A program made the position numbers and the translations under genes. From assembly GCA_040377305.1 (NCBI GenBank), contig JBEIPA010000040.1, forward strand, positions 1-40,101: 40,101 bases of DNA, given 5' to 3'. The notes beneath the pieces were generated by a model. That model made no database searches. It had not been told where the DNA came from and saw nothing but the letters and a program-made list of their open reading frames with translations. The DNA comes from Flavobacteriales bacterium. GTDB taxonomy: Bacteria > Bacteroidota > Bacteroidia > Palsa-965. Shown here one piece after another: positions 8,062 to 16,630 of the stretch. Within the stretch, counting starts at the first letter, position 1, and each line of letters starts with the position of its first letter.

Positions 8062-8991
8062 TCAGAAACCACCACGTGCAATCGCCGCAAACAACTCCAT
8101 CGCAAATGCAATTCCAACGTGAATAATCACGCCTCCCCAAATTGATCTGGTTTCAAGTACAAGAACGCCCATTGCAATTCCACCAAAGAATGAGCTGATG
8201 GTTTCTCCTAGCGGTTTCCCAAAGTGAATGGACACGTAGAATGCGGCTACAGGAAGAATTGCTCCGTATCCCAACCAGCGCGACAAAACAAGAATCAGAA
8301 ATCCGCGGAAGAAGAATTCGGTGTTGACGTAACCCAAGCCGTAGAAGAATTCGAAAAGCGCTGCGTATCCCATTCGCCCCTCTTCTATTTTCGCCACATT
8401 GAGACAACGCGTTGCCTGCGGATACATTTTCAAAAAATCGGGAGTGAATGACGCGATGAAAATGAACGGCAGGAGAATCGCAAGCAACCACAAGTAAGGT
8501 TTTACATTCGTCTGCTTGAATCCGTACAACGGTTGATTGTTACGATCGTGTAAAAACCAGAATACGCTTACGGGAATTCCGAGAATGAGAATGTTGCCGA
8601 TATCGCGCGCGCAACGTAACCAGAATATTTCAGCGGGACCATCAGTCCATTGCTTCAGCAGTTCTTTGTGCCAGTAGAAATAAACCGCAAATGCATACAA
8701 ACACACCGCGAACAGAACAGTGAACCAGAAACCAGGTTTTCGGATCCACGATTTGTCTTTTGCGAATGGAATGTAGAGTAGAATTGCACCAATGAGCATT
8801 CCCCCATACAACGCGAGATTAGTGAAATACCGAAACGGATCATTCGCACCGCCACCGATGAGCTGGAAATGCTGTTTATCCGAATAGAACCACGCAGTTA
8901 CACTTGCAAGCAGTGCGACGAGTATGCCGAAGTAAACCCAGTTGATCTGGTGCTTGACGTAATCGCGAACGAAGCCGTAGAGGGTTTTCAC
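8062..8991 (-). CDS. CPBP (CAAX/Abi) family intramembrane metalloprotease
   Basis: Multiple TM helices; TEFFFRG, FYVSIHFGKP and IIHVGIA motifs. The likely GTG start at 8991 follows a TACCTTCG box. Confidence 0.88.
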   Translation of the reverse strand: MKTLYGFVRDYVKHQINWVYFGILVALLASVTAWFYSDKQHFQLIGGGANDPFRYFTNLALYGGMLIGAILLYIPFAKDKSWIRKPGFWFTVLFAVCLYAFAVYFYWHKELLKQWTDGPAEIFWLRCARDIGNILILGIPVSVFWFLHDRNNQPLYGFKQTNVKPYLWLLAILLPFIFIASFTPDFLKMYPQATRCLNVAKIEEGRMGYAALFEFFYGLGYVNTEFFFRGFLILVLSRWLGYGAILPVAAFYVSIHFGKPLGETISSFFGGIAMGVLVLETRSIWGGVIIHVGIAFAMELFAAIARGGF

Positions 8992-9068
8992 GGGTGCGAA
9001 GGTAATAGATGCGACCGACACAAAAAGCCTGTGCGCAACGTGCATGATTCTTCAACTGATCTATTTAG

Positions 9069-9206
9069 AGTGGTCAATTTCATGGAACGGATTCTTTTAG
9101 AATCGTTTGTAGATCCGACCTCAGCGAGGTCGCATGTTCCAAGAAATTACCCACCCCAGATTATTTTTAAGGGCGGCCATCGTGGCAACGATGAGCCGAA
9201 GAACCC
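9069..9206. other. Multi-stem structured intergenic element (REP-derived or candidate ncRNA)
   Basis: AATTTCATGGAAC/GTTCCAAGAAATT enclose the hairpins GATTCT-TTT-AGAATC and CGACCTC-AGC-GAGGTCG; a further stem is CATCGT-GGCA-ACGATG. Confidence 0.5.
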
Positions 9207-9255
9207 TGCACCGGTACGTTAGCACACCAGCACATTTTTTCCCGATCTTTGATTC

Positions 9256-9675
9256 ATGTCCTCCAAGGTCTATAACGGTGAAGCCATCCGAAGAATGACG
9301 TTGCTCTTTCAGCCTCGTCCTACGGAGCATTTTAATTGGCTCATTGAAAAAGGTCACCGCGAACTGGTCGAAGTTGTGGAGTTCATCAAAAACGGGAAAG
9401 AAATTTCTTTCAAGTGGATGATCGAGAATCAGCACTTCGAAGTTGCGGCATTCGGTAATGCGGTGCGTGGCGACAAGAACGCATTCCGTTGGCTGATGCA
9501 GAACAAATCGGTTTTCTGGGCTGCCACTTCTAATGCAGCGAACAAAGACAAAGATGCAATGGCCTGGCTGCGCGCACACAATTTTATCGTTTATGCAGAA
9601 TTAGCGGCAGCAATAATCGAATGGGAAAAATTCGATAACGACGATTTCAGCGGATACTACAAATCACCGGTATAA
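9256..9675 (+). CDS. Small alpha-helical ~25-aa-repeat protein (paralogue of 7532-7906)
   Basis: Repeats NAVRGDKNAFRWLMQN and NAANKDKDAMAWLRAHN; the stop codon overlaps the next ATG. Confidence 0.8.
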   Translation: MSSKVYNGEAIRRMTLLFQPRPTEHFNWLIEKGHRELVEVVEFIKNGKEISFKWMIENQHFEVAAFGNAVRGDKNAFRWLMQNKSVFWAATSNAANKDKDAMAWLRAHNFIVYAELAAAIIEWEKFDNDDFSGYYKSPV

Positions 9676-9917
9676 TGAAAATTGTTGGCAACATTCCGCA
9701 CCCGCAAATGACGATTACGGTTTTCATCATGAATGAGAAATTCATTGTGAAATTCGAAGCCGGTCCGATGGAACAAGTGTACAAACTCTCGCAAGGAAAA
9801 GTTGCTGGCATGGAACACGTTCAGAAAATTGTGGATGAACAATTTCAGAGTGAAGTGCTCAAGAAATTCGGAGAAATGTTTGAGTCTATGCGCGGATCGC
9901 TGGATAGAAACTCATAA
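9675..9917 (+). CDS. Conserved Bacteroidota hypothetical protein
   Basis: MKIVGNIPHP..TIT.F.MN.KFIVKFEAG..EQ.YK pattern; TAATG coupling to the upstream gene. Confidence 0.75.
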   Translation: MKIVGNIPHPQMTITVFIMNEKFIVKFEAGPMEQVYKLSQGKVAGMEHVQKIVDEQFQSEVLKKFGEMFESMRGSLDRNS

Positions 9918-9920
9918 AGT

Positions 9921-9971
9921 AAAAAAGCCCCGATCCCGACTGTAAAAGTCGGGATCGGGGCTTTTGTTTTT
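9921..9971. terminator. Bidirectional intrinsic terminator with a 19-bp stem
   Basis: AAAAGCCCCGATCCCGACT-GTAAA-AGTCGGGATCGGGGCTTTT between convergent genes. Confidence 0.9.
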
Positions 9972-9982
9972 AATGAGTAAGA

Positions 9983-11680
9983 TTATTCAATCACCAATTT
10001 CCCGGTTGCCAGTTCTCCACCGTTATTTATCAACGTGAAGAAATACACGCCTGCTGAAAGCCCGTCGCGATCTAAAGTCACAACATTCGAAGTAATGGAC
10101 GAAATGCTTCTTACCAAAGCACCATTTACATCATACAACGATAGCTGAGCATCAACCAGAATTACGCTGTTGTCGATCTGAAGAATTGCACTTTCGTTCA
10201 TTGGATTCGGATAAACTGAAACTGCATTTGTAGCAACGTTCGCAGCGACATCCAAACACAAATCGATTGTGATTGAAGCAGTATCCATGTTCGCACACCC
10301 AAGTGAATCTGTAAACGTGTACGTTATTACATGCGTTCCTGCACCTGCAACTGAAGGATACAAAGAATCTACATTCACACCGGGACCAGAATACGTTCCG
10401 CCAATAGGAGACGCGCCGCTGAGTATAACGGTATTGTCATCGAGACACCATGTTCCGAATGAAGAAACAGAAATTACGGGAAGTTGATTGACTACGACGT
10501 CTGTATTTGTTGTATCTGTGCAACCGTTCCCGTCAGTTCCTACAATGGTGTAAGTAGTAGTCGTTAAGGGTGAATCGTTAACGACATTTCCAGTGAGTGA
10601 ACCCGGCATCCAGTTATACAGGAATGCGGTTCCGGTAACGAACATGTTTGCCGTTTCGCCTGCACAAATAGTATCTCCGAGAGCAGCAATGAACGGTTGT
10701 GGGTGCATCATGACCGTCAATGAATCTGCATCTGAACACCCATTAATGTCTGTGACAGTAACACAATACATGCCAGCAGAACTTACAGCAACGGTTTGTG
10801 TAGTTTGTCCGCCACACCACATGTAGGTTGAACCCGGATATCCTGCATCAAGCAACGTATTAAACCCGGGACAAAGAGAGGTGTCATTGCCGAGTGCAAT
10901 CACCGGAAGAGGATTTACGGTGACACTAATTGTATCCTCATCTACACATGCCATTGCCGTGTATGTAACCTGGCATGAGTAATCCATTGTAGTTGCCGGT
11001 GCTACCATGATTGCACTTGAAGTTGCACCCGTGTTCCACAAAAACGACGGCGCTTTTTCGTAAATCACATTTCCTTCCCAGGGACGCGCGTTAAAGAACG
11101 TTCCGAATGGATAAGCTCCACCTGTTCCTTCGAAAACAGTCAGGTCTGAATTGGTTGCAAGCGGAGTTCCTGTTGCAGTACCATTGTGATAACGATTGTT
11201 ATTTGATATCGCGGAAGTGTTCGTCAGGTAAAACGCGTATGTCTGTCCTGCCGGAATTGTAATGTTGATTGGAACCGGGATGCGTGTAAGCGTGTTCGGT
11301 GTATTCGGATTGAATTGAACCGGACCGGCTATTAACGTCCAGGCAGCAGCGTTGTTTTCTGATCCAACGTGTGTGCCGATTTTGTAATAGATATAATAAT
11401 CCGTAGTTGCATTCGGTGTATTTGCAATGTTTCCTTCGAACCAACGGATTGTAATTGCATTGGTCGCTGTAATATCGAACATGTTGCCATCCTGACCGTT
11501 GTTATTCACCAATGGAGTTGGAACAATTACAGAATCGGGAACGGAACTCATCGTGAGCAAGGTTGAATCGCCGGCGCACAATACAGAATCAGCGGTGGTA
11601 ATTTGTCCGGTATACGCACACTGCGCATTTGCCTGAAGTGTGAGCAGGAAAAGTACCGGAACGAGTAATAGTTTTTTCAT
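9983..11680 (-). CDS. T9SS type-A sorting domain protein with Ig/PKD-like Cys-containing stalk repeats
   Basis: Signal MKKLLL...ANAQ; repeats C.G...L.A....Y.W...VTD.NGC; CTD VYPNP...LSAGVYF...KLVIE. A TATTTTTG box lies at 11705-11712 on the minus strand. Confidence 0.9.
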   Translation of the reverse strand: MKKLLLVPVLFLLTLQANAQCAYTGQITTADSVLCAGDSTLLTMSSVPDSVIVPTPLVNNNGQDGNMFDITATNAITIRWFEGNIANTPNATTDYYIYYKIGTHVGSENNAAAWTLIAGPVQFNPNTPNTLTRIPVPINITIPAGQTYAFYLTNTSAISNNNRYHNGTATGTPLATNSDLTVFEGTGGAYPFGTFFNARPWEGNVIYEKAPSFLWNTGATSSAIMVAPATTMDYSCQVTYTAMACVDEDTISVTVNPLPVIALGNDTSLCPGFNTLLDAGYPGSTYMWCGGQTTQTVAVSSAGMYCVTVTDINGCSDADSLTVMMHPQPFIAALGDTICAGETANMFVTGTAFLYNWMPGSLTGNVVNDSPLTTTTYTIVGTDGNGCTDTTNTDVVVNQLPVISVSSFGTWCLDDNTVILSGASPIGGTYSGPGVNVDSLYPSVAGAGTHVITYTFTDSLGCANMDTASITIDLCLDVAANVATNAVSVYPNPMNESAILQIDNSVILVDAQLSLYDVNGALVRSISSITSNVVTLDRDGLSAGVYFFTLINNGGELATGKLVIE

Positions 11681-11758
11681 GGGATGGTTTGTTGTTTGAT
11701 GCGGCAAAAATAGTCAAACAAACATACCGCCGAAGTAACTGCGATGAACGGATGAAAA

Positions 11759-12607
11759 TCAGAGGTTTTGACGGAAAAATGCAGTCGTTGCAACCACCGC
11801 TTTCATGGTGTCATCCGGTAAGCTTTTTTCTTCCCAGGGGTGCTTTCCGCCGAATGTGTGATTGGCGCCGTGCAACTCAACAAACTCGGCAAACGGATTC
11901 CAGATTTTCAATGCTTCAGCTTCGAACAATGGAACGGGTTCGTCATCCGTGCCATGCACAATCAACTGAGGAATCTGAATGAGTTTTGCAGCGGCTTGTA
12001 TATCGAGCTTTGCTTTGTTCGCATAAAAGTCATCGCGAATATCAATGTAAAGCGGAAGCTTTTGTCCGGTGCGCGTGTTCACGATTTCGGCAACACCGGT
12101 TTTCTTCCACTCTTCCAACGTCGGTGGATTCATGTGCTTTTCGAAATCGCTCACTGCACCCCACGTTGCAACGGCTTTAATGCGTGGATCGCTGGATGCT
12201 TTGAGAATGGACGTACCTCCTCCTCTGCTGTGTCCAAACAAACCGAGTCGGGCCGGATCGATTCTGCTTTGCATGGAAATGGTCCACCAGAGATTCTCAA
12301 TGACTAAATCAAGGTCATCCAACTCGCGCGAGAATGTATTTCTCCCGAACAATTCCGGTTCGCACATTTCAGTTGGATTCTCCGGACTGGTGCCGTTCCA
12401 CGAGAAATTGAATCGCGCAACTGCGAATCCGCTACGCGACATGAGCTCACACACGAGCGGAAATGTTCCCCAGTCTTTGAAGCCCTTGAATCCGTGAAGA
12501 AAAATAATTACAGGTACGCGATCATTCCCAACTTCGGGTAAGTGCAGATCGACAGGAATTTTTCTGCCGTCTGTTCCTTCAATCAGGTATGATGCGTGTT
12601 TGGTCAT
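11759..12607 (-). CDS. Alpha/beta hydrolase family protein
   Basis: HGFKGFKDWG, nucleophile elbow GHSRGG, HGTDDE, GANHTF. Confidence 0.9.
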   Translation of the reverse strand: MTKHASYLIEGTDGRKIPVDLHLPEVGNDRVPVIIFLHGFKGFKDWGTFPLVCELMSRSGFAVARFNFSWNGTSPENPTEMCEPELFGRNTFSRELDDLDLVIENLWWTISMQSRIDPARLGLFGHSRGGGTSILKASSDPRIKAVATWGAVSDFEKHMNPPTLEEWKKTGVAEIVNTRTGQKLPLYIDIRDDFYANKAKLDIQAAAKLIQIPQLIVHGTDDEPVPLFEAEALKIWNPFAEFVELHGANHTFGGKHPWEEKSLPDDTMKAVVATTAFFRQNL

Positions 12608-13260
12608 TGCTCGATGAATGCGTCAGGTTCCACAAACGTTTCCATGAGGACACATTTGTCGCCCACAAATTTGTATTGCGCCCAGTACTGTGTATGCGAA
12701 TACCGTTTGTAATGCGATTTATCTTTGGCCGGTGGAACAAATTTCAGATAGGTTGTATCACCCTTGATCCATCGATCCATTGCCTGGCCTTTGTAAATAC
12801 TTTGCACGTAATCGGGAGGCATGCCAATGTAGATTCCTGCGCTGGTGAGGAAGTTTCTGTCGAGTGAATAATTGGAAGCGGGAGGAGAATTCTTATCGCG
12901 AACATTTTTCTTCACGCGAAATCCGTACACAACTGTAGTGCTCTTTCCTACAATCTGGAAAACAGTAAGCTGCTCAGTCTCTAAGGCATTCACATAAACC
13001 ATTTCACTGCGACCGGAAGACTCTGCACCTTCATTGCCGTTAAGACGTTTCCAGTTTGTTAAAGAAGTTGCATCACCGATCAGCAAATCGTTGATCATTG
13101 TATCTGGCTTGTACGCCCAGTTGGCTTCTTTACCCAGAACTACACGTTGCGGAACTGAATCGGGAATCTTTGCTGAATCGGCATCGTCTCCTGATCCGGA
13201 TGTGCCGCTGCAGGAAACAAACACGAGTGCAGTCAATGAAATAAAAACATATCGCTTCAT
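12604..13260 (-). CDS. Hypothetical lipoprotein
   Basis: Lipobox FVSC; 4-bp overlap with the hydrolase gene. Confidence 0.8.
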   Translation of the reverse strand: MKRYVFISLTALVFVSCSGTSGSGDDADSAKIPDSVPQRVVLGKEANWAYKPDTMINDLLIGDATSLTNWKRLNGNEGAESSGRSEMVYVNALETEQLTVFQIVGKSTTVVYGFRVKKNVRDKNSPPASNYSLDRNFLTSAGIYIGMPPDYVQSIYKGQAMDRWIKGDTTYLKFVPPAKDKSHYKRYSHTQYWAQYKFVGDKCVLMETFVEPDAFIEQ

Positions 13261-13264
13261 TGGA

Positions 13265-13368
13265 CAAAGTTAGAGAAGTTATTAAGGTTTTAAGTAGGCA
13301 AGTGCTTTCATACTTGCCTACTTAAAAACATAAAACCTTAAAGCCTTCTCACGAAACAGCTAACTTTG
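13265..13368. promoter_or_regulatory. Back-to-back Bacteroidota -7 boxes with a central 16-bp inverted repeat
   Basis: TAACTTTG on minus (13265-13272) and on plus (13361-13368); TTTTAAGTAGGCAAGT (13288-13303)/ACTTGCCTACTTAAAA (13312-13327). Confidence 0.75.
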
Positions 13369-13376
13369 TGTATCCT

Positions 13377-14642
13377 GTGAGCGACCTGTCTCCCCAACCT
13401 AAAGATACATTTGCCGCTCTACGCGTGAAGGATTTCACCGTGTATCTCTCTGCCCGCTTTTTCCTTTCACTAGGCGTTCAGATTCAGAGTGTAGTTGTTG
13501 GAATTCAGATTTACAAAATCACACACGATCCGTATCAGATTGGCATGATTGGCCTGGCAGAAGCTATTCCATTCATTGGACTCGCATTGTTCGGCGGACA
13601 AGTTGCGGACACTGTAAGGAGAAAGAAAATATTGCTTTGGGCAACGTTGTTTCTTCTAATAGCATCGTGGGCATTGTTTTCTGTTGCGATGAACGGAGAT
13701 TTTCTCAAACAGGCTGGAACCTGGCCGATTTTCGGAATCATCTTCTGCACCGGCATCGCACGTGGATTTTTGAGTCCGGTGTTTCCTGCATACATGGCAC
13801 AACTTGTCCCGCGGAAACTCTATGCGAATGCATCAACCTGGCAGAGCAACTCCTGGCATGCAACTGCGGTTCTCGGTCCGGCGATCGGTGGAATACTCAT
13901 TGGATGGATCAGTACAGAATTCGCTTACGGAACATGTTCGGTTCTGATCTTACTCGGATTTTTGCTGATGTTCTTCATCACAGATCATCCTTTACCACCG
14001 CGGGAGCTGTCGAACGAATCCATGTTTAAAAAACTCACTGCAGGCTTCCGGTTTGTATTCAGCAACCAGGTCATGTTGAGCGCACTCACACTCGATTTAT
14101 TTGCCGTGCTGTTTGGTGGTGCTGTTGCAATGATTCCGGTATTCGCTGCAGAAGTTCTGAAAGCCGGTGCGGATGCAGATTTTGTCACCGGGCTTTTACG
14201 GGCAGCACCTGCGGGTGGAGCAATAATCATGGGCCTAATCATGGCGAAATATCCACCAACAAAGCGCGCCGGCAGAAATCTGATCCTCGCCGTTGTTGGA
14301 TTCGGATTGTGCATTGTTGCTTTCGCGTTGTCGCGCAACGTTTGGCTCTCATTCGGAATCCTTTTTCTCAGTGGAGCGTTCGACAACGTGAGTGTCATCA
14401 TACGTCACACGATACTGCAACTCCTCACACCCGATAATATGCGTGGACGGGTTGCAGCAGTGAACGGAGTTTTCATCGGCTCATCGAATGAAATCGGCGA
14501 ATATGAATCGGGAGTTGCAGCCAGAAATCTGGGAAATGTTCCGTCCGTAATTTTCGGAGGGTGTATGACGATTTTGGTTGTGGGGTTGGTGGCTGTGCTT
14601 GCGCCTAAATTGAGGAAGTTGAATTTGGAAAAGTTGGTGTAA
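13377..14642 (+). CDS. MFS transporter (EntS/H+ antiporter-like)
   Basis: About 12 TM segments; GQVADTVRRKK motif A and TPDNMRGRV. The start is probably GTG 13377, because 13368 overlaps the -7 box. Confidence 0.92.
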   Translation: MSDLSPQPKDTFAALRVKDFTVYLSARFFLSLGVQIQSVVVGIQIYKITHDPYQIGMIGLAEAIPFIGLALFGGQVADTVRRKKILLWATLFLLIASWALFSVAMNGDFLKQAGTWPIFGIIFCTGIARGFLSPVFPAYMAQLVPRKLYANASTWQSNSWHATAVLGPAIGGILIGWISTEFAYGTCSVLILLGFLLMFFITDHPLPPRELSNESMFKKLTAGFRFVFSNQVMLSALTLDLFAVLFGGAVAMIPVFAAEVLKAGADADFVTGLLRAAPAGGAIIMGLIMAKYPPTKRAGRNLILAVVGFGLCIVAFALSRNVWLSFGILFLSGAFDNVSVIIRHTILQLLTPDNMRGRVAAVNGVFIGSSNEIGEYESGVAARNLGNVPSVIFGGCMTILVVGLVAVLAPKLRKLNLEKLV

Positions 14643-14651
14643 GGTCACGCC

Positions 14652-15428
14652 TTATTTAACTTTCACTATCCAATCCGAGGTCCGGTACTCACGAACTTTT
14701 AATTCGCGAATATTGGTAATCATCGCGACCGTCAGATAGATTCCTATTGTCTCAAATCCAATTAAGACAGACCAGGAAAATTTTGGCTCTTGGCTGGCTG
14801 CAATCGGTCCGCCTATAACTCCGGCCAAAGCCATCAATGGAGTTCCGAGATCAAACGTTGAACAGGTGCTGGCTTCCGGAAAAGTAAAAGATGCAATGCT
14901 GTCAATTGGAATTTTCAGTCGATCATAGTCTATTACTACCGCAAAGATCAACAAGCTATTATCGGTCACGCTATCTTCATAAGGTAACATATCGATGTAA
15001 TAATAGTCAGTGCTCTTCTTCATCGATTTGTAGTATTTACCCACACGATTGATGTCGACTGTATCAAACCGATACTTTGTGGAATCAGCAGAAAAGCGTC
15101 TCAATACAATGTAATTCTGTTCTACGCTGTCTAATACCCATCGATTTGCATAACAGGCTGAGTCGCCACAAGCGCGATCATAATAATATAAACTATCCCA
15201 ATACAATTTGCGGTTATACGTTGAATCGATACATCCTTCCAGATAACATCCCGAACAAATATTCTTCCAGTTTCGGTAGTAATATGCTTCACCAGTCTTC
15301 GTTACACCAATTTCTTTTCCCGGTTTTATAACTGCACGTTTTACGCCATCACGAAACACAATTTTGCGCTGAGCATTCGCTCCAAACGCCAGTAGGAGAC
15401 AAACAAAAAGTAACCACGTCCGAATCAT
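14652..15428 (-). CDS. Hypothetical secreted/membrane protein
   Basis: Signal peptide ending ANAQ and two C-terminal hydrophobic segments. Confidence 0.7.
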   Translation of the reverse strand: MIRTWLLFVCLLLAFGANAQRKIVFRDGVKRAVIKPGKEIGVTKTGEAYYYRNWKNICSGCYLEGCIDSTYNRKLYWDSLYYYDRACGDSACYANRWVLDSVEQNYIVLRRFSADSTKYRFDTVDINRVGKYYKSMKKSTDYYYIDMLPYEDSVTDNSLLIFAVVIDYDRLKIPIDSIASFTFPEASTCSTFDLGTPLMALAGVIGGPIAASQEPKFSWSVLIGFETIGIYLTVAMITNIRELKVREYRTSDWIVKVK

Positions 15429-16073
15429 CTATAGTCCTGTAAAATGCATTAACACAATTGACCCGAGCAGAATATTCACCACCAAACACAAAGCCCACAG
15501 CCTCATCCACTTTTTATAACGCGCATCAATTTCACCCGAATTGATTTTGCCAAATGCAACTGCCGCGGCAATCAAAGAGATCAAGAGAAAAAATGGAATC
15601 CCGATCATTGGCACGATTGTAAACCAAATCAAATCAGGATTTGCAATTGTAGCCAGGCCTCCAACAGTGCCCAATCCAACCATGGCCTGACTTGAAAGCG
15701 CTGTAATAATTACTTCGGGCAGACTGTCGGTTCTCCACGTTGAATCTTTCCGAAGTTCCCGTGCAAATGCCGAATCAATTTTCTCTGCAATCATCGGATA
15801 GTTTGTACTCAGCATCGCCGATGGATTTGCACTGATGTCTGTAATATTCAACTCTTCCAATGATGGAAGAAGAGATTCTTTCACCTTAGAAAGCAAAGAC
15901 GTTGGTGCTGAAGTTGTCATTGAATCAACACTGGTGTGCTTTTCAGACTTTTCCCGGTGAAAATTGAAGTCACGGTAAGTACCAGCAGTGTATTTGCGTT
16001 TTGTTAGGTCGTGCGGAGATCGGCAGGAGACAAATGCAAGACAGACAACCGTGAAATAAACTATGTTTGTCAT
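15429..16073 (-). CDS. Hypothetical lipoprotein with C-terminal TM helices
   Basis: ATG 16073, lipobox FVSC, KRKY..G.Y motif, three hydrophobic C-terminal segments. Confidence 0.7.
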   Translation of the reverse strand: MTNIVYFTVVCLAFVSCRSPHDLTKRKYTAGTYRDFNFHREKSEKHTSVDSMTTSAPTSLLSKVKESLLPSLEELNITDISANPSAMLSTNYPMIAEKIDSAFARELRKDSTWRTDSLPEVIITALSSQAMVGLGTVGGLATIANPDLIWFTIVPMIGIPFFLLISLIAAAVAFGKINSGEIDARYKKWMRLWALCLVVNILLGSIVLMHFTGL

Positions 16074-16089
16074 AGACCTCGAGGATTTT

Positions 16090-16196
16090 GATTTGCAGAT
16101 ATGCTGAATAGTTGATTTGCAGATTGCGGCCAATGTTGTCATCAAGGGAATCATGGCTTTTGATTTGCAGATATGCTGATTAGTTGATTTGCTGAT
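16090..16196. repeat. Two blocks of 8-bp periodic repeats downstream of the four-helix-bundle gene
   Basis: gatttgca gatatgct gaatagtt gatttgca (16090-16121) and gatttgca gatatgct gattagtt gatttgct (16162-16193). Confidence 0.9.
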
Positions 16197-16203
16197 GCCG
16201 TTG

Positions 16204-16581
16204 TTAGTTATTCGATGATTTGAAATGTGTTGTATTGTTCTTCGAAGAAGAAATGATCTTTGTTAATACGCGACATATAGATGCAATTTCTTTTTTTAGT
16301 TCTGTTGGATCAGGCAACAATGGAGATCGCTCACAGATTTGCAGCCAATATTCCGTTTCATCAGCCTCCTTGGCAGCAATTTTCATCTTGTGTACAAAGT
16401 CATTTTTACTTTCCGCATTCTGAGCTTCGCGCACGTTTGCTCCAATCGAAGTTCCTGAACGGAACAATTGTGTCGCCATTGGTGCAACTCCTGCCTTCTT
16501 CACCTTAAAGTGAAATGCTACAACTTTTACAGCAAATTCAGTTGATAACTGTACAATCAAATTCTCTCTTTTCGTATCCAT
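16204..16581 (-). CDS. Four helix bundle protein (TIGR02436 / 23S rRNA IVP-like)
   Basis: QLFRSGTSIGANVREAQNAESKNDFVHKMKIAAKEADETEYWL signature. Confidence 0.93.
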   Translation of the reverse strand: MDTKRENLIVQLSTEFAVKVVAFHFKVKKAGVAPMATQLFRSGTSIGANVREAQNAESKNDFVHKMKIAAKEADETEYWLQICERSPLLPDPTELKKEIASICRVLTKIISSSKNNTTHFKSSNN

Positions 16582-16630
16582 CTTTTCTATTTGTTTGTTC
16601 TTTTTTCCTTCATATATAGTTTACTATCAC

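Noticed and set aside
3110-16581. Diversity-generating retroelement (CLec-type target plus Avd-like four-helix bundle)
   Set aside because: No reverse transcriptase and no TR/VR pair were seen, and the two genes are 12 kb apart.
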